Shown here piece after piece: positions 38,146 through 48,211 of a DNA stretch of 64,000 nucleotides; the stretch's first letter is position 1; each line of letters opens with the position of its first letter. The notes under the pieces were generated by a model. The model ran no database searches and was not told the DNA's origin. It saw nothing but the letters and a program-made list of their open reading frames with translations. Origin of the DNA: an uncultured Patescibacteria group bacterium (lineage in GTDB: Bacteria > Patescibacteriota > Patescibacteriia > Veblenbacterales > UBA10138). Both the position numbers and the translations under genes were made by a program. Location: the NCBI GenBank assembly GCA_937929825.1, contig CALFUV010000012.1, positions 44-64,043 of the forward strand, written 5' to 3'.

Positions 38146-38631
38146 TCAAGGTATATATTGTTCCACAATTTTAATAACACTATTTTCTTTCAAAGTTATA
38201 TGAAAGGGTATTTTAGAATATAAATCCAATCTGTTAACTAAATCAACATAAGGTACTGACTGGTTCCAATAGTAATTACCATCTTCATTATGGCTCCAGG
38301 TTTGCATTAACACCTCTACTTGGGGAGCAACACGATAACGAATAATATCAGGAGATGCGTTGCGAATATAATAATTATTAGGGGGATAACAATCTTCTTC
38401 TAGCGGGCAAACGCCATCCTCACGCATAGCTAAAACAGCGGCTTGGCCATTAAACCATGTTAACTCATCAACTGTTAAATAACCGGGCTCAGCTGATACT
38501 ATTTTAGCCATAATAACTCGTTCAATTGTATTTGGCTGAGTTACAAGCTGACGAATACTTACTGAAACCAAAGCTCCTGCTACCAAAGCCAAGGCTCCAA
38601 TTATTATAAACAGCAGCCACCTTTTATTCAT
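38146..38631 (-). CDS. Hypothetical secreted/membrane-anchored protein
   Basis: N-terminal TM/signal 'LLFIIIGALALVAGALVSV'. Confidence 0.35.
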   Translation of the reverse strand: MNKRWLLFIIIGALALVAGALVSVSIRQLVTQPNTIERVIMAKIVSAEPGYLTVDELTWFNGQAAVLAMREDGVCPLEEDCYPPNNYYIRNASPDIIRYRVAPQVEVLMQTWSHNEDGNYYWNQSVPYVDLVNRLDLYSKIPFHITLKENSVIKIVEQYIP

Positions 38632-38640
38632 ATAAATAAT

Positions 38641-39432
38641 TTATTTAACTTTATAGCTGACTGAAACTTCAATAATTATTTCTTGAGAGCCTGTTGGCAA
38701 GGTAGGTGAAGCATCTCCCAAACCACCTTTTTCAGATCCACCATAACCATAATAACTATATGATCCAGGCACGCCGGGAACTTGAATAATATTTTCCCAC
38801 CAGCCTACCACCTTGCCCAAGCGCACTCCGGCCGCTTCAGCTAAAGAACCGGCTTTACTTTTAGCATCAACTATGGCCTTAAGGCGAGCTTGTTGTTTAA
38901 GTTCCTCAACATTGGAAATTGAAAAATTAATACCCAATATCTGATTGGCACCGGCTTTAGTAGCCTCAGCAATGACTTTAGTTAGTTTATCATTGCCGGT
39001 ACTAATATCTTTTAACTTTACCACCACTTGCTGATTGGCGCTATAACCTGCTGGAATTTGTACACCATCACGATAATCATATTGCGGGTTAAGTGAAAAA
39101 TTTTGAGTAGTAATATTTTCTGCTGAAATATCAACTGTTTTAACAGCCGTAATTATTTTTTCCATTTTTTCATTCAATTGCTTTATAGCCAACTCGGCCG
39201 AATAAACCCTATCCACCTGCACACCAATAGTAACCTCAGCGGTATCGGGTTGATAAGCCACCTTACCTTGCCCCGTCACATTAACTTGCCATTGCGGTAC
39301 GTTAACTAGACGATCGCGCAATAAAGCCACAACTACAATACCAGTCAGCAAAATCATACCTAAAAACGCCAAAATTATTTTAGGCTCACGCCAAAGCGGC
39401 TTGTCAGCAAGTACTAAATTTGAATCACTCAT
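38641..39432 (-). CDS. SIMPL/DUF541-family periplasmic protein
   Basis: N-terminal TM, then 'VTGQGKVAYQPDTAEVTIGVQV...AIKQLNEKMEKIITAVK' typical of the 26-kDa periplasmic immunogenic protein family. Confidence 0.6.
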   Translation of the reverse strand: MSDSNLVLADKPLWREPKIILAFLGMILLTGIVVVALLRDRLVNVPQWQVNVTGQGKVAYQPDTAEVTIGVQVDRVYSAELAIKQLNEKMEKIITAVKTVDISAENITTQNFSLNPQYDYRDGVQIPAGYSANQQVVVKLKDISTGNDKLTKVIAEATKAGANQILGINFSISNVEELKQQARLKAIVDAKSKAGSLAEAAGVRLGKVVGWWENIIQVPGVPGSYSYYGYGGSEKGGLGDASPTLPTGSQEIIIEVSVSYKVK

Positions 39433-39603
39433 ATAATATAGTCCTTTTAACCGGAATAATTTAATAACCGGTTAATTAATAATTAGTCATAATTTAATCT
39501 ACTAATAAACAACGATTATTTATTTGGAAAGTAACAAACCACATTTATAAATTATAAGCGTGCTTTGTTTACCTGGCAAACAGCAGCTTATTGGGCAGAA
39601 AAA

Positions 39604-42306
39604 TTAACTAATGTTTTTCCGCTGACGAATAAAGAATTTACGAACTTCATCTACCACAATCACTGTGGCTGAAACACTAATGATTATAAGCCAATCTTGT
39701 CCGCCTAAAGGCGCGGTACGTAGTATCTTTTGCATAAAAGGGGCATAAATAGCTGATGTTTGTAAAGAAATAACCACAGCTAACGCCGCTAATAAATAAA
39801 GGTTGCTAAAAGGATTTTGTCGGAAAATAGATTTATCTTCAGAACGAGCGCTAAAAGCCCGAAACCACTGAAATACTGCCATAGTAGTTAAAACCGCTGT
39901 TTGGGCCACAACTAAACCTCTGTCCAAATAAGATTGGAATACTATGAAGCTGCCAGTTGCTATTACTAGTGCAGTAATAGCGCTGGAGCTAAAAAGTTTC
40001 TTATCCACTAAATATTTTTTAGTCCGTTCCTGACGCCAGCTTAAAAGCCCTTCTTCTTTTGGTTCCATAGCCAAAGCCGCCACTAAAAAACCATCAGTTA
40101 CAAAATTAAGCCAGATTATTTGGGCAGCTAATAAAGGTAGAGGGTATCCCATAAAAAGTGCTACTGTAATTAACAACACCTCACCTAGGTTAGTAGATAA
40201 AAGATACTGTAAAACTTTACGAATAGTCCGGTAAATACTTCTGCCTTCTTCTACAGCACTTACAATACTTCCAAAATTATCATCCAACAATACAATATCG
40301 GAGGCTTCTTTAGCTACTTCAGTACCAACCTGCCCCATAGCTACCCCTAAATCAGCTGCTACCAGAGAAAGGGCGTCATTTACTCCATCGCCGGTCATAG
40401 CTATTATTTCTCCCCTTTTCTTATAAGCTTCAATAATTTTAAACTTGTGTTCTGGTGTAACTCGGGCAAAAACTGTTACCTTGTCTAAATAATGCGCCAA
40501 CTCTTCAATACTTAAACTTTCCACCTCCTCACCGCTAAGAACCATATTACCATCTTTAAATATGCCAGCTTCACGGGCAATTGTTTCAGCTGTTAATTTA
40601 TGATCACCTGTTATCATAACCACCCGAATACCAGCTTGCTGAGTTCTTTCCAAAGCATCATGCACTTCTGGACGCAAAGCATCTCTCATACCCATAAAAC
40701 CAACAAAATTCAAATTGGGTAAAATATTATTTTTAATAAGATTTTTACTACCAGTACACATAGCTAAAGCTACCACCCGTAAACCTGATGAAGAAATATC
40801 TTCTACCTTTTTTTCCAATTCCCTGCGCTTTTTTTTACTTAAAATTATGCTATGCCCGCCCAGCCATATATGACTGCTAAGTTTAAGGACTACTTCAGCC
40901 GCCCCAGCCACCACCAACAAATTCTGGCTACCTCTTTGATACTGTACAGCATGATACTTAGTGCGATAATCAAATGGCAACTCCAGACGTTTAACATAAT
41001 CTTTTTCCATGTCTTCCTTATGAAAACCAATTTTTTCACCTAACACCATTATGGCTGCGTCAGTTGGATCACCAGTTATTTGCCACCTTCCTTCCTCACC
41101 TACTTGAGCTAAACGAGCATTAGCGACCAAAGAAGCTAATTTACCCATCTGAACCAACTCCTGATGAGTGAGTGGTTCAATAATTTCACCAGCCATTTTA
41201 ATTTCACCCTTAGGCTCATAACCAGCACCGGTAACTTCATAGGTTTTACCATTTACCCAAAGCAGCTGTACTACTAATTCGTTTTTGGTTAAGGTACCTG
41301 TTTTATCAACAGCCAAAATTCTGGCTTGGCCTAAAGACTCCACGGCTTGCAACTTTTTTACTAAAGCATTGCGTTTAGCCATACGCCAAACTCCTGTTAC
41401 TAAAATCAGAGTCAAAGCTACTGGCAGGCCTTCCGGAATAAACGATACAGCCAACGCCACTACCAGCTTAAACATTTCTAAGGGTGTGTGATTAAACCAA
41501 ATAATACCAGTGGTAAACAACAAAAATGACAAAGCGGTTGTTCCTAAAATTAATAATCTGGCTAAGTTACTAATATTATTTTTTAAAGGAATTTCTGTAT
41601 CAATAGTGGCAATTTCTTTAGTTATTCGGCCAATTACTGTATTAAGTCCTGTAGACACTACTACTGCCTGTCCATGCCCAGAAACAACATTGGTCCCCCT
41701 AAAAACCCGATTAACCTGTTCGGCGGTGGTAACTTTTTTTTGTTTGATTGGCGAAGTAACTTTATGTACTGGATTTGATTCACCCGTTAAAGCGGCTTCA
41801 TCTAATTTTAAACCCTGCGATTCCACTACCCGACCATCTGCTGGAACTTTTATACCCTCTTCTAGCACTATAATATCACCCGGTACCAATTCGCGATCTG
41901 GCACTATTAGTTGTCGCGCGTCTCTAATAACTGTGGCTTGGGTTTCGGTAAATTTTTTCAAAGCCTGTAAAGTGTTTTTTGCCCTACCTTCCTGCACAGC
42001 TCCTACTATAGCATTAACCAATAATACTAATATGATAATGCCGGTATCTGTATAATCGCCCAATAAAAAAAGAACGAATGCGGCAACTAATAAAATATAA
42101 ATTAAAGGGCTTTTAAACTGCCGTAAAAAAATTATAAACCAACTTTCTACTTTTTCTTCCAATAAAGTATTTAGTCCATATTGCTCCAAACGCCGGGCCG
42201 CTTCTGACATACTTAAACCATGCTCACTGGTGCCTAATAATTCAAACACTCTTGGCACTGGTAAAGTGTGCCACTCTTTTTCAATAGTTAAAGATATTTT
42301 TTCCAT
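39604..42306 (-). CDS. P2-type cation-transporting ATPase (Ca2+/Mg2+-ATPase-like)
   Basis: 900 aa. N-terminal cation-ATPase domain, 'DKTGTLT', 'TGDHKLTA', 'GDGVNDA', 10 TM helices. Confidence 0.85.
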   Translation of the reverse strand: MEKISLTIEKEWHTLPVPRVFELLGTSEHGLSMSEAARRLEQYGLNTLLEEKVESWFIIFLRQFKSPLIYILLVAAFVLFLLGDYTDTGIIILVLLVNAIVGAVQEGRAKNTLQALKKFTETQATVIRDARQLIVPDRELVPGDIIVLEEGIKVPADGRVVESQGLKLDEAALTGESNPVHKVTSPIKQKKVTTAEQVNRVFRGTNVVSGHGQAVVVSTGLNTVIGRITKEIATIDTEIPLKNNISNLARLLILGTTALSFLLFTTGIIWFNHTPLEMFKLVVALAVSFIPEGLPVALTLILVTGVWRMAKRNALVKKLQAVESLGQARILAVDKTGTLTKNELVVQLLWVNGKTYEVTGAGYEPKGEIKMAGEIIEPLTHQELVQMGKLASLVANARLAQVGEEGRWQITGDPTDAAIMVLGEKIGFHKEDMEKDYVKRLELPFDYRTKYHAVQYQRGSQNLLVVAGAAEVVLKLSSHIWLGGHSIILSKKKRRELEKKVEDISSSGLRVVALAMCTGSKNLIKNNILPNLNFVGFMGMRDALRPEVHDALERTQQAGIRVVMITGDHKLTAETIAREAGIFKDGNMVLSGEEVESLSIEELAHYLDKVTVFARVTPEHKFKIIEAYKKRGEIIAMTGDGVNDALSLVAADLGVAMGQVGTEVAKEASDIVLLDDNFGSIVSAVEEGRSIYRTIRKVLQYLLSTNLGEVLLITVALFMGYPLPLLAAQIIWLNFVTDGFLVAALAMEPKEEGLLSWRQERTKKYLVDKKLFSSSAITALVIATGSFIVFQSYLDRGLVVAQTAVLTTMAVFQWFRAFSARSEDKSIFRQNPFSNLYLLAALAVVISLQTSAIYAPFMQKILRTAPLGGQDWLIIISVSATVIVVDEVRKFFIRQRKNIS

Positions 42307-42606
42307 AATTAATTACACAGCCAAATGATGGTTTTGCTGGTGATTAGAAAACCTGTAAGACGATTTCAACTGAACAGGGTATTTATAAGCTAAAGATTTT
42401 CTAACCTTAAAAGATGAGGGTGTACGATACCTTGTAACCCGAGCATTACTTTTGGAGGCATAATTTCTCATATTAAAATTATATCATAAAAAAATTAACA
42501 CAGTGCCAAACGCTGTGTGAATATTGCTTTATAGAAAATTTACGTTACATCTACTCTTTGTTTTTAAACCAACCTAAATTTTTATTTTAGAATAATTTTA
42601 ATGTGG

Positions 42607-42646
42607 TAAGAAAAAAATAAATGGGCGACACTTTGCGTCGTCCATT
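42607..42646 (-). terminator. Rho-independent terminator after tRNA-Lys
   Basis: Minus RNA: AUGGACGAC-GCAAAGU-GUCGCCCAU followed by UUAUUUUUUUCUU. Confidence 0.6.
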
Positions 42647-42679
42647 AAACTATTCTCAAAAAGCTGTCGTATTTTGTAG

Positions 42680-42754
42680 TGGTGGGTCTGGTGGGAATCG
42701 AACCCACGACGCCCAGCTTAAAAGGCTGGCGCTCTACCATTGAGCTACAGACCC
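42680..42754 (-). tRNA. tRNA-Lys (anticodon TTT), CCA encoded
   Basis: RC: GGGTCTGTAGCTCAATGGTAGAGC...loop CTTTTAA...GGTTCGATTCC...CAGACCCACCA. Confidence 0.8.
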
Positions 42755-42801
42755 CTAAAGGTAGACTAACGAAAGTATTCTAATGGCAAATGATTTTTTT
42801 T

Positions 42802-43329
42802 TCAAGTCCTATCTGGTAAATCCAATAATTTAAAGAGTAATTCTCTGGTAACTTCTACATCAGCCAAAGCACGGTGAGCTTGCGGCTGAGAAATACCAAA
42901 ATGTTTAGCCAAATAAGCTAAACTGTAACTGGCTAAAATTACTTTCCTTTTAGCTAAATCAATGGTATCTAATATAGGATTAGTAAGTGTCGGCAAACCT
43001 AATTGCCGCAAATGATGATTTATAAAAGACAAATCAAATCTTATATTATGAGCTACCAAAGTAGCGCCACTGCTAAAAAGCATAAAAGCCGGCATAACTT
43101 CAATTAATAGCTTGCCTTCTTTTGTTATCATCTCATTGGTTATGCCGTGTATAGCTATGGCTTCAGCATCGATTTTTTTACCAGGATTTACAAGCGAAGA
43201 AAAAGTATCAACCACCTCCCTGCCTTTAATACGCTGGGCTGCTAATTCTACAACTGCATGGCCTTCTTCGGGCTTCATGCCAGTAGTTTCTACATCAAAA
43301 ATAACATATTCAATGGCTGAGATGGGCAT
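42802..43329 (-). CDS. DEDDh 3'-5' exonuclease (DNA polymerase III epsilon-like domain)
   Basis: 'YVIFDVETTGMKPEEGHAVVELAA' Exo I motif and 'HRALADVEVTREL' Exo III motif. Confidence 0.8.
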   Translation of the reverse strand: MPISAIEYVIFDVETTGMKPEEGHAVVELAAQRIKGREVVDTFSSLVNPGKKIDAEAIAIHGITNEMITKEGKLLIEVMPAFMLFSSGATLVAHNIRFDLSFINHHLRQLGLPTLTNPILDTIDLAKRKVILASYSLAYLAKHFGISQPQAHRALADVEVTRELLFKLLDLPDRT

Positions 43330-43410
43330 AAAATAAAGTGTAAGTAATTAAAACGCTAGTGTCGAGAGGGGTGGGTATTAAAGTGTGAAAAAATTGTGTA
43401 AGCCGACAGC

Positions 43411-43439
43411 TTGATTGATTAGCTTTAAGCGCTTACAAT
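43411..43439 (+). promoter_or_regulatory. Candidate sigma70-type promoter for dnaB (TTGATT-17 nt-TACAAT) giving a near-leaderless transcript
   Basis: -35 TTGATT 43411..43416, 17-nt spacer containing palindrome TAAGCGCTTA, -10 TACAAT 43434..43439. ATG at 43449 with no SD. Confidence 0.4.
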
Positions 43440-43448
43440 TACCCTACT

Positions 43449-44831
43449 ATGCCTGCAACTCCTAAAAATCAATTTGACCGTTTGCCACCCCAAAATTTGG
43501 AAGCTGAAGTTTCTACATTAGGCGCCTTACTGATAGATAAAGACGCCATCGTTAAGGTGGCTGATTTTTTGGAATCATCTGATTTTTATAATGATTCGCA
43601 CGGTCTAATTTACGAGGCCATGCGTGATCTTTATGAAAACAATATTCCTATAGATATATTATCTCTCTCCAGTCGCTTACAGGAAAAAGGGCAACTGGAA
43701 AAAGTGGGCGGTCACGCTTATCTTTCAGAGTTAGCCGCAACTGTGCCTACGGCTAGTCATATATCTGCTTACGCTAAAATAATTCAGCGAAAAAGTATTT
43801 TACGTAAACTACTGCGCGCCGCAGCGGATATTACCGCTCTGGGGTATCAGGAAAGCGAAGATATAGATCTACTGCTTGACGAAGCAGAAAGAAAACTTTA
43901 TTCAGTTTCCCAACGTTACTACCAGCAAAATTTTATTCCTATTAAATCGGTTTTAAATGAGGCTTTTGATCGTATTGATGAACTACACCGGGAATCAGGA
44001 AAATTAAGAGGTTTGCCCACTGGTTTTAGCGCCTTAGATAATATTTTAGCTGGTTTACAAAAGTCGGATTTAATAATATTAGCCGCCCGTCCAAGTGTAG
44101 GTAAAACAACTTTAGCCTTAGATATTGCACGACACGTAGCTACCAGACAAAAAGTGCCAGTGGGAATTTTTAGTTTAGAAATGTCAAAAGAACAACTGGT
44201 AGACAGGTTATTATGCGCTGAGGCAGGTGTAGATATGTGGCGCATGAGAACAGGCCGGCTCTCTGACAAAGAAGATGATTTTCCACGCATTGGCCATGCT
44301 ATGGGCGTACTATCAGAAGCGCCAATATTTATTGACGATTCTGCTACCTGTAATATTATGGAAATCCGCACCAAAGCCAGACGACTGCAATCAGAACACA
44401 AATTAGGTTTGGTGCTGGTAGATTATTTACAATTAATGGAAGGTCGTTCTACGGAAAACCGTGTACAAGAAGTTTCAGAAATAACGCGTGGCTTGAAAGG
44501 GTTAGCTCGCGAGCTTAATGTGCCAGTGCTGGCCTTATCACAGCTTTCCAGAGCTGTAGAAATCACCCGGCCAGCTATACCTAAACTGGCTCACTTACGA
44601 GAATCAGGGTCAATCGAGCAAGATGCTGATGTGGTATTATTTATCTATCGAAAATCAGCTGATAAAGGCTATGACCCCAGAGATCTTTCTGAAGAAGAAA
44701 AACATGTAGCTGAAATCCATATTGCCAAGCATCGCAATGGACCAACCGGTATTATTAATCTATATTTTGATGCTGACCACGTAACTTTCAAAAATCTGGA
44801 AAAAACCGCTACTCCGCCACCAGCTGAATAA
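43449..44831 (+). CDS. dnaB: Replicative DNA helicase
   Basis: 'PQNLEAEVSTLGALL' N-terminal domain. Walker A 'ARPSVGKTT'. 'SQLSRAVE' and 'IAKHRNGPTG' motifs. Confidence 0.9.
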   Translation: MPATPKNQFDRLPPQNLEAEVSTLGALLIDKDAIVKVADFLESSDFYNDSHGLIYEAMRDLYENNIPIDILSLSSRLQEKGQLEKVGGHAYLSELAATVPTASHISAYAKIIQRKSILRKLLRAAADITALGYQESEDIDLLLDEAERKLYSVSQRYYQQNFIPIKSVLNEAFDRIDELHRESGKLRGLPTGFSALDNILAGLQKSDLIILAARPSVGKTTLALDIARHVATRQKVPVGIFSLEMSKEQLVDRLLCAEAGVDMWRMRTGRLSDKEDDFPRIGHAMGVLSEAPIFIDDSATCNIMEIRTKARRLQSEHKLGLVLVDYLQLMEGRSTENRVQEVSEITRGLKGLARELNVPVLALSQLSRAVEITRPAIPKLAHLRESGSIEQDADVVLFIYRKSADKGYDPRDLSEEEKHVAEIHIAKHRNGPTGIINLYFDADHVTFKNLEKTATPPPAE

Positions 44832-44871
44832 CTAAATAATTTTATAATTATTCTTTACACTTATATAATAT

Positions 44872-45183
44872 ATGCCTTCAATGTTCTCTAAACTTAAAGA
44901 AATCAAAGATTTGCGTTCACAAGCCAAAAATTTACAAAACCAGCTAAAAGATGAGCATGTAGAAACTAGTGCTGCTTGGGGCAAGGTGAAAATCAAAATG
45001 AACGGAAATCAAGAAATAGAAAATGTGGAAATTGATCCAGAATTACTAACACCGAATAAAAAGACTGACCTAGAAAAAAGTATTAAAGAAGCTGTAAATG
45101 ATGCTAATCATAAAGTGCAGAAGATTATGGCGGAGAAAGTACGAAAAAGCGGCGGACTAAATATTCCTGGGTTGACTAAATAA
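44872..45183 (+). CDS. ybaB: Nucleoid-associated protein YbaB/EbfC
   Basis: 103 aa. 'KNLQNQLKDEHVETSAAWGKVKIKMNGNQEIENVEIDPELL'. Confidence 0.8.
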   Translation: MPSMFSKLKEIKDLRSQAKNLQNQLKDEHVETSAAWGKVKIKMNGNQEIENVEIDPELLTPNKKTDLEKSIKEAVNDANHKVQKIMAEKVRKSGGLNIPGLTK

Positions 45184-45330
45184 AAACACAAAACGAGCTG
45201 TAATCGTATACGACTAGAAAGAATATTCTAAAAGGCTGGTGCCTGTGACTGAAAACTGAATTAAAGATATATATTATGGTTGTAAATGCTCTAACTATGT
45301 CTGATACTAAACTTGCATAATTAAAGATTT

Positions 45331-45933
45331 ATGTCACCTACACCTCGCGCACTCGAACGTTTAATACGTGAGTTTACTAAACTGCCCGGTATTGGTCCAA
45401 AAACTGCCGAGCGGCTGGTTTATTATTTATTAAAACAACCTAAAGAAGAACTGATAAGCATGGCTGAGGGTTTGCGGCAAGTTAAAGATGAAGTGGTTAA
45501 CTGTTCACAGTGCTTTAGGTTTTCCGATCAAAATCCATGCCCAATTTGCTCTAATAACAAAAGAGATAAATCAATTCTGTGTGTAGTAGCTGAATCTCAG
45601 AACATCCCAGTTATTGAAAAAACCGGGGCTTTTGCAGGAGTTTATCATGTACTAGGCGGCTTAATAAGCCCGCTGGAAGGTATAACACCAGATAAACTAA
45701 AAATTGCTGAACTGGAAAAAAGGCTTAAAAATAATGGGGTTAAAGAAGTTATTTTAGCTCTTAATCCTGATTTAGACGGCGAAACAACTTCTCTATACTT
45801 AGCTAAACTAATTAAGTCTTTAAATATTAAAGTTACTCGACTGGCGCGAGGTCTGCCTATGGGTGCGGATTTGGAGTATGCTGACGAAATAACTTTGGAA
45901 AGCGCTATTATAGGCAGACGAGAAGTTCTATAA
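45331..45933 (+). CDS. recR: Recombination protein RecR
   Basis: 'LIREFTKLPGIGPKTAERLVYYLL' HhH, C4 zinc finger 'CSQCFRFSDQNPCPICS', Toprim. Confidence 0.9.
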   Translation: MSPTPRALERLIREFTKLPGIGPKTAERLVYYLLKQPKEELISMAEGLRQVKDEVVNCSQCFRFSDQNPCPICSNNKRDKSILCVVAESQNIPVIEKTGAFAGVYHVLGGLISPLEGITPDKLKIAELEKRLKNNGVKEVILALNPDLDGETTSLYLAKLIKSLNIKVTRLARGLPMGADLEYADEITLESAIIGRREVL

Positions 45934-45936
45934 ATA

Positions 45937-45970
45937 AAAAATACTCTGCCTTATAAGGCAGAGTATTTTT
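45937..45970. terminator. Bidirectional rho-independent terminator (AAAAATACTCTGCC-TTATAA-GGCAGAGTATTTTT)
   Basis: Perfect 14-bp stem flanked by A/T runs on both sides. Confidence 0.6.
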
Positions 45971-45981
45971 ATAGATTTTAT

Positions 45982-46065
45982 TTAGGCAACTTCATCAGTT
46001 GATTCATCTTCGTCGCCACTGATTTCTTCGGTTGTTGGCTCAACCTGTGTTTGATCATCAAACAT
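45982..46065 (-). CDS. Candidate small acidic peptide (27 aa, MFDDQTQVEPTTEEISGDEDESTDEVA) with strong SD
   Basis: AAAGGAGAG six nt upstream of the ATG. Lies immediately downstream of rplU on the same strand. Confidence 0.3.
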   Translation of the reverse strand: MFDDQTQVEPTTEEISGDEDESTDEVA

Positions 46066-46124
46066 AATATCTCTCCTTTCCTTTTGTTTACTACGAAAGC
46101 AAACAAAAGTTACTGGTTAATTAA

Positions 46125-46439
46125 TTAATTTATATTAGTCACCTTAATTTCTGTAAAAGGCTGACGATGGCCCTGCTTTTTATGATACCTAACCTTGGGT
46201 TTATAATGAATTACGGTTATTTTACGAGCCCGCCCCTGCTTAACTACTTCACCTGAAACATTAGTTTTAACTGTTGGTTTGCCGATTTCAATTTTACTGC
46301 CATCGGTTTCAGCCACCATTAGAATATCACCAAAACTCACCTTACTATCAGAAACTTCCAGTTTTTCAATTTTAAGACGGCTTCCTTCCTGAACCAAATA
46401 TTGTTTACCTCCGGTTTTAATTACAGCCACTTTAGACAT
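46125..46439 (-). CDS. rplU: 50S ribosomal protein L21
   Basis: 'VAVIKTGGKQYLVQEGSRLKIEKL' L21 N-terminal signature. Confidence 0.85.
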   Translation of the reverse strand: MSKVAVIKTGGKQYLVQEGSRLKIEKLEVSDSKVSFGDILMVAETDGSKIEIGKPTVKTNVSGEVVKQGRARKITVIHYKPKVRYHKKQGHRQPFTEIKVTNIN

Positions 46440-46494
46440 AATAAAAATATTTTATTTAGCTATTATTAGCACAGGTAATAATATCTTATCAGAC

Positions 46495-47001
46495 TTACCT
46501 TGTCAACCCCTCAATCTCATCACCAATATTAATTTTATTCCTTACTACCCAACCAGAAGGAACTTCAATTACCCCGTCAATTGGTTGGCTGGGTATAATA
46601 TTTACTGGTTTAGGGTTTTGGAGAGAGGGTGCTGGAATATCGGTATCTATCTGGACAATGTTATTACCAGATAACCACATAAAATCTAAAGAAAAATTCA
46701 TACCCTGCATCCAAAAACCATAATAGCCCGGACTATCAAATAAAAAAATCATACCTCTACCCTCAGGTAAGATTTCACGACCTGATAACCCTCGGGCTTT
46801 CTCTGCGTTACTGCGAACTACTTCAACAGTTAAAGGAATTTTTTTAATCCTCAATTCCTGAATTTCCTTCTGAACAATTTTCTGATTAAACTGCTCATCA
46901 GACATCAAAGGGGCTGACAACCGTCCGCAACCGTTCATTATAAAAGTCGCTGTGAAAACAAAAAATATTAAATATTGAGGTTTTGATAATTTAAATATCA
47001 T
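46495..47001 (-). CDS. DUF192-family protein (COG1430)
   Basis: Signal peptide, then 'GRGMIFLFDSPGYYGFWMQGMNFSLDFMWLSGNNIVQI'. Confidence 0.65.
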   Translation of the reverse strand: MIFKLSKPQYLIFFVFTATFIMNGCGRLSAPLMSDEQFNQKIVQKEIQELRIKKIPLTVEVVRSNAEKARGLSGREILPEGRGMIFLFDSPGYYGFWMQGMNFSLDFMWLSGNNIVQIDTDIPAPSLQNPKPVNIIPSQPIDGVIEVPSGWVVRNKINIGDEIEGLTR

Positions 47002-47164
47002 TTACTGGGATATCATAAATGAACGCTAATAAAAACGCAAACAATATCATCAAGGGTGTTTCAAAAAGTAAAACTAATAATAAATTTATAATTTCATTAA
47101 ACAATATAATTAAAAATTACACCAATAATAAAATATATTAAAAATCTTCTAAAGGAACTCAAAA

Positions 47165-48211
47165 CTAAAGACTTTTTTGTTTGAGCTGATATCGTCTTAC
47201 TAACCAAATACCCAATATAATCATAACCGCCAGTAATACCCCCAAGGTAATTAATTTCCCTTCTGTACGCAAAAACAAAGAAATTAAACCGAAGAACAAT
47301 GTTATGATATAAAGTATTATAACAGCTTGCCGGTGCGATAAACCTATATCCAATAAACGATGATGTAAATGTTTTCGATCAGCTGAGGCTAAACTTTTCT
47401 TTTCCCAAAATAAACGCCGCACTATTACCCAAACTACATCTAAAATAGGTATGCCCATAACTAAAAGTGTAGTAGCGATTTTAGCGCCTGATATTATAGC
47501 TAATATACCCAAAATAAAACCAATATAAAGACTGCCGCCTTCACCTAAAAAAATCTTAGCCGGATGCCAATTCCAAATTAAAAAACCAAGACAAGCGCCG
47601 GCAAAAATAATAGCCAATAAACCAACAGGCGGTTCATAAAAAGGCGTAAACTGAGTAAGCCCAAATATAATAAGCCCGCCAATTGCGCCAATACCTGAAA
47701 CCAAACCATCTAAACCGTCTAAAAGTTTAGTAGTGTACATCATACCCATCAACCATAAAAAAGTTAAGAGCGGACTTATAAATGCACTCAATTGAATTAA
47801 GTCGCCGCCAAATGGATTGGTAACCACACTAATATTAATACCTGCCATAATAACAACCACACTAGCTAGAATCGGCCAAAGCATCTGCCTAGCTGGCGGC
47901 TGGTGGTATTTATCATCCAAATACCCCCCAATCATCAGTAAAAAACCGCCAAATATTAAAGCTAATATATCCCGAAGACTTACTGATTTACCTAAAATAT
48001 AAGGTGTAAAAAATGCAAAAATTATTGTAATTAAACTAAAGGTAAGAAAAATCGCTATGCCGCCTAACAGGGGTGTATTGAACTGGTGTAGTTTGCGTAA
48101 TTTATCCGGAATATCAATAATCACCTGTTTTAAAGCCCAAAAACGAACCACCTTTGTTAAAACAATCGCTACAATAAAACTAAAAGTAAGAGCAATAAAT
48201 GACGACATCAT
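47165..48211 (-). CDS. Glycosyltransferase family 4 polyprenyl-phosphate sugar-1-P transferase (MraY/WecA-like)
   Basis: 348 aa, about 10 TM helices. 'GGYLDDKYH' Mg2+-binding DDxxD-like loop. 'TTKLLDGLDGL' sugar-binding loop. Confidence 0.7.
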   Translation of the reverse strand: MMSSFIALTFSFIVAIVLTKVVRFWALKQVIIDIPDKLRKLHQFNTPLLGGIAIFLTFSLITIIFAFFTPYILGKSVSLRDILALIFGGFLLMIGGYLDDKYHQPPARQMLWPILASVVVIMAGINISVVTNPFGGDLIQLSAFISPLLTFLWLMGMMYTTKLLDGLDGLVSGIGAIGGLIIFGLTQFTPFYEPPVGLLAIIFAGACLGFLIWNWHPAKIFLGEGGSLYIGFILGILAIISGAKIATTLLVMGIPILDVVWVIVRRLFWEKKSLASADRKHLHHRLLDIGLSHRQAVIILYIITLFFGLISLFLRTEGKLITLGVLLAVMIILGIWLVRRYQLKQKSL

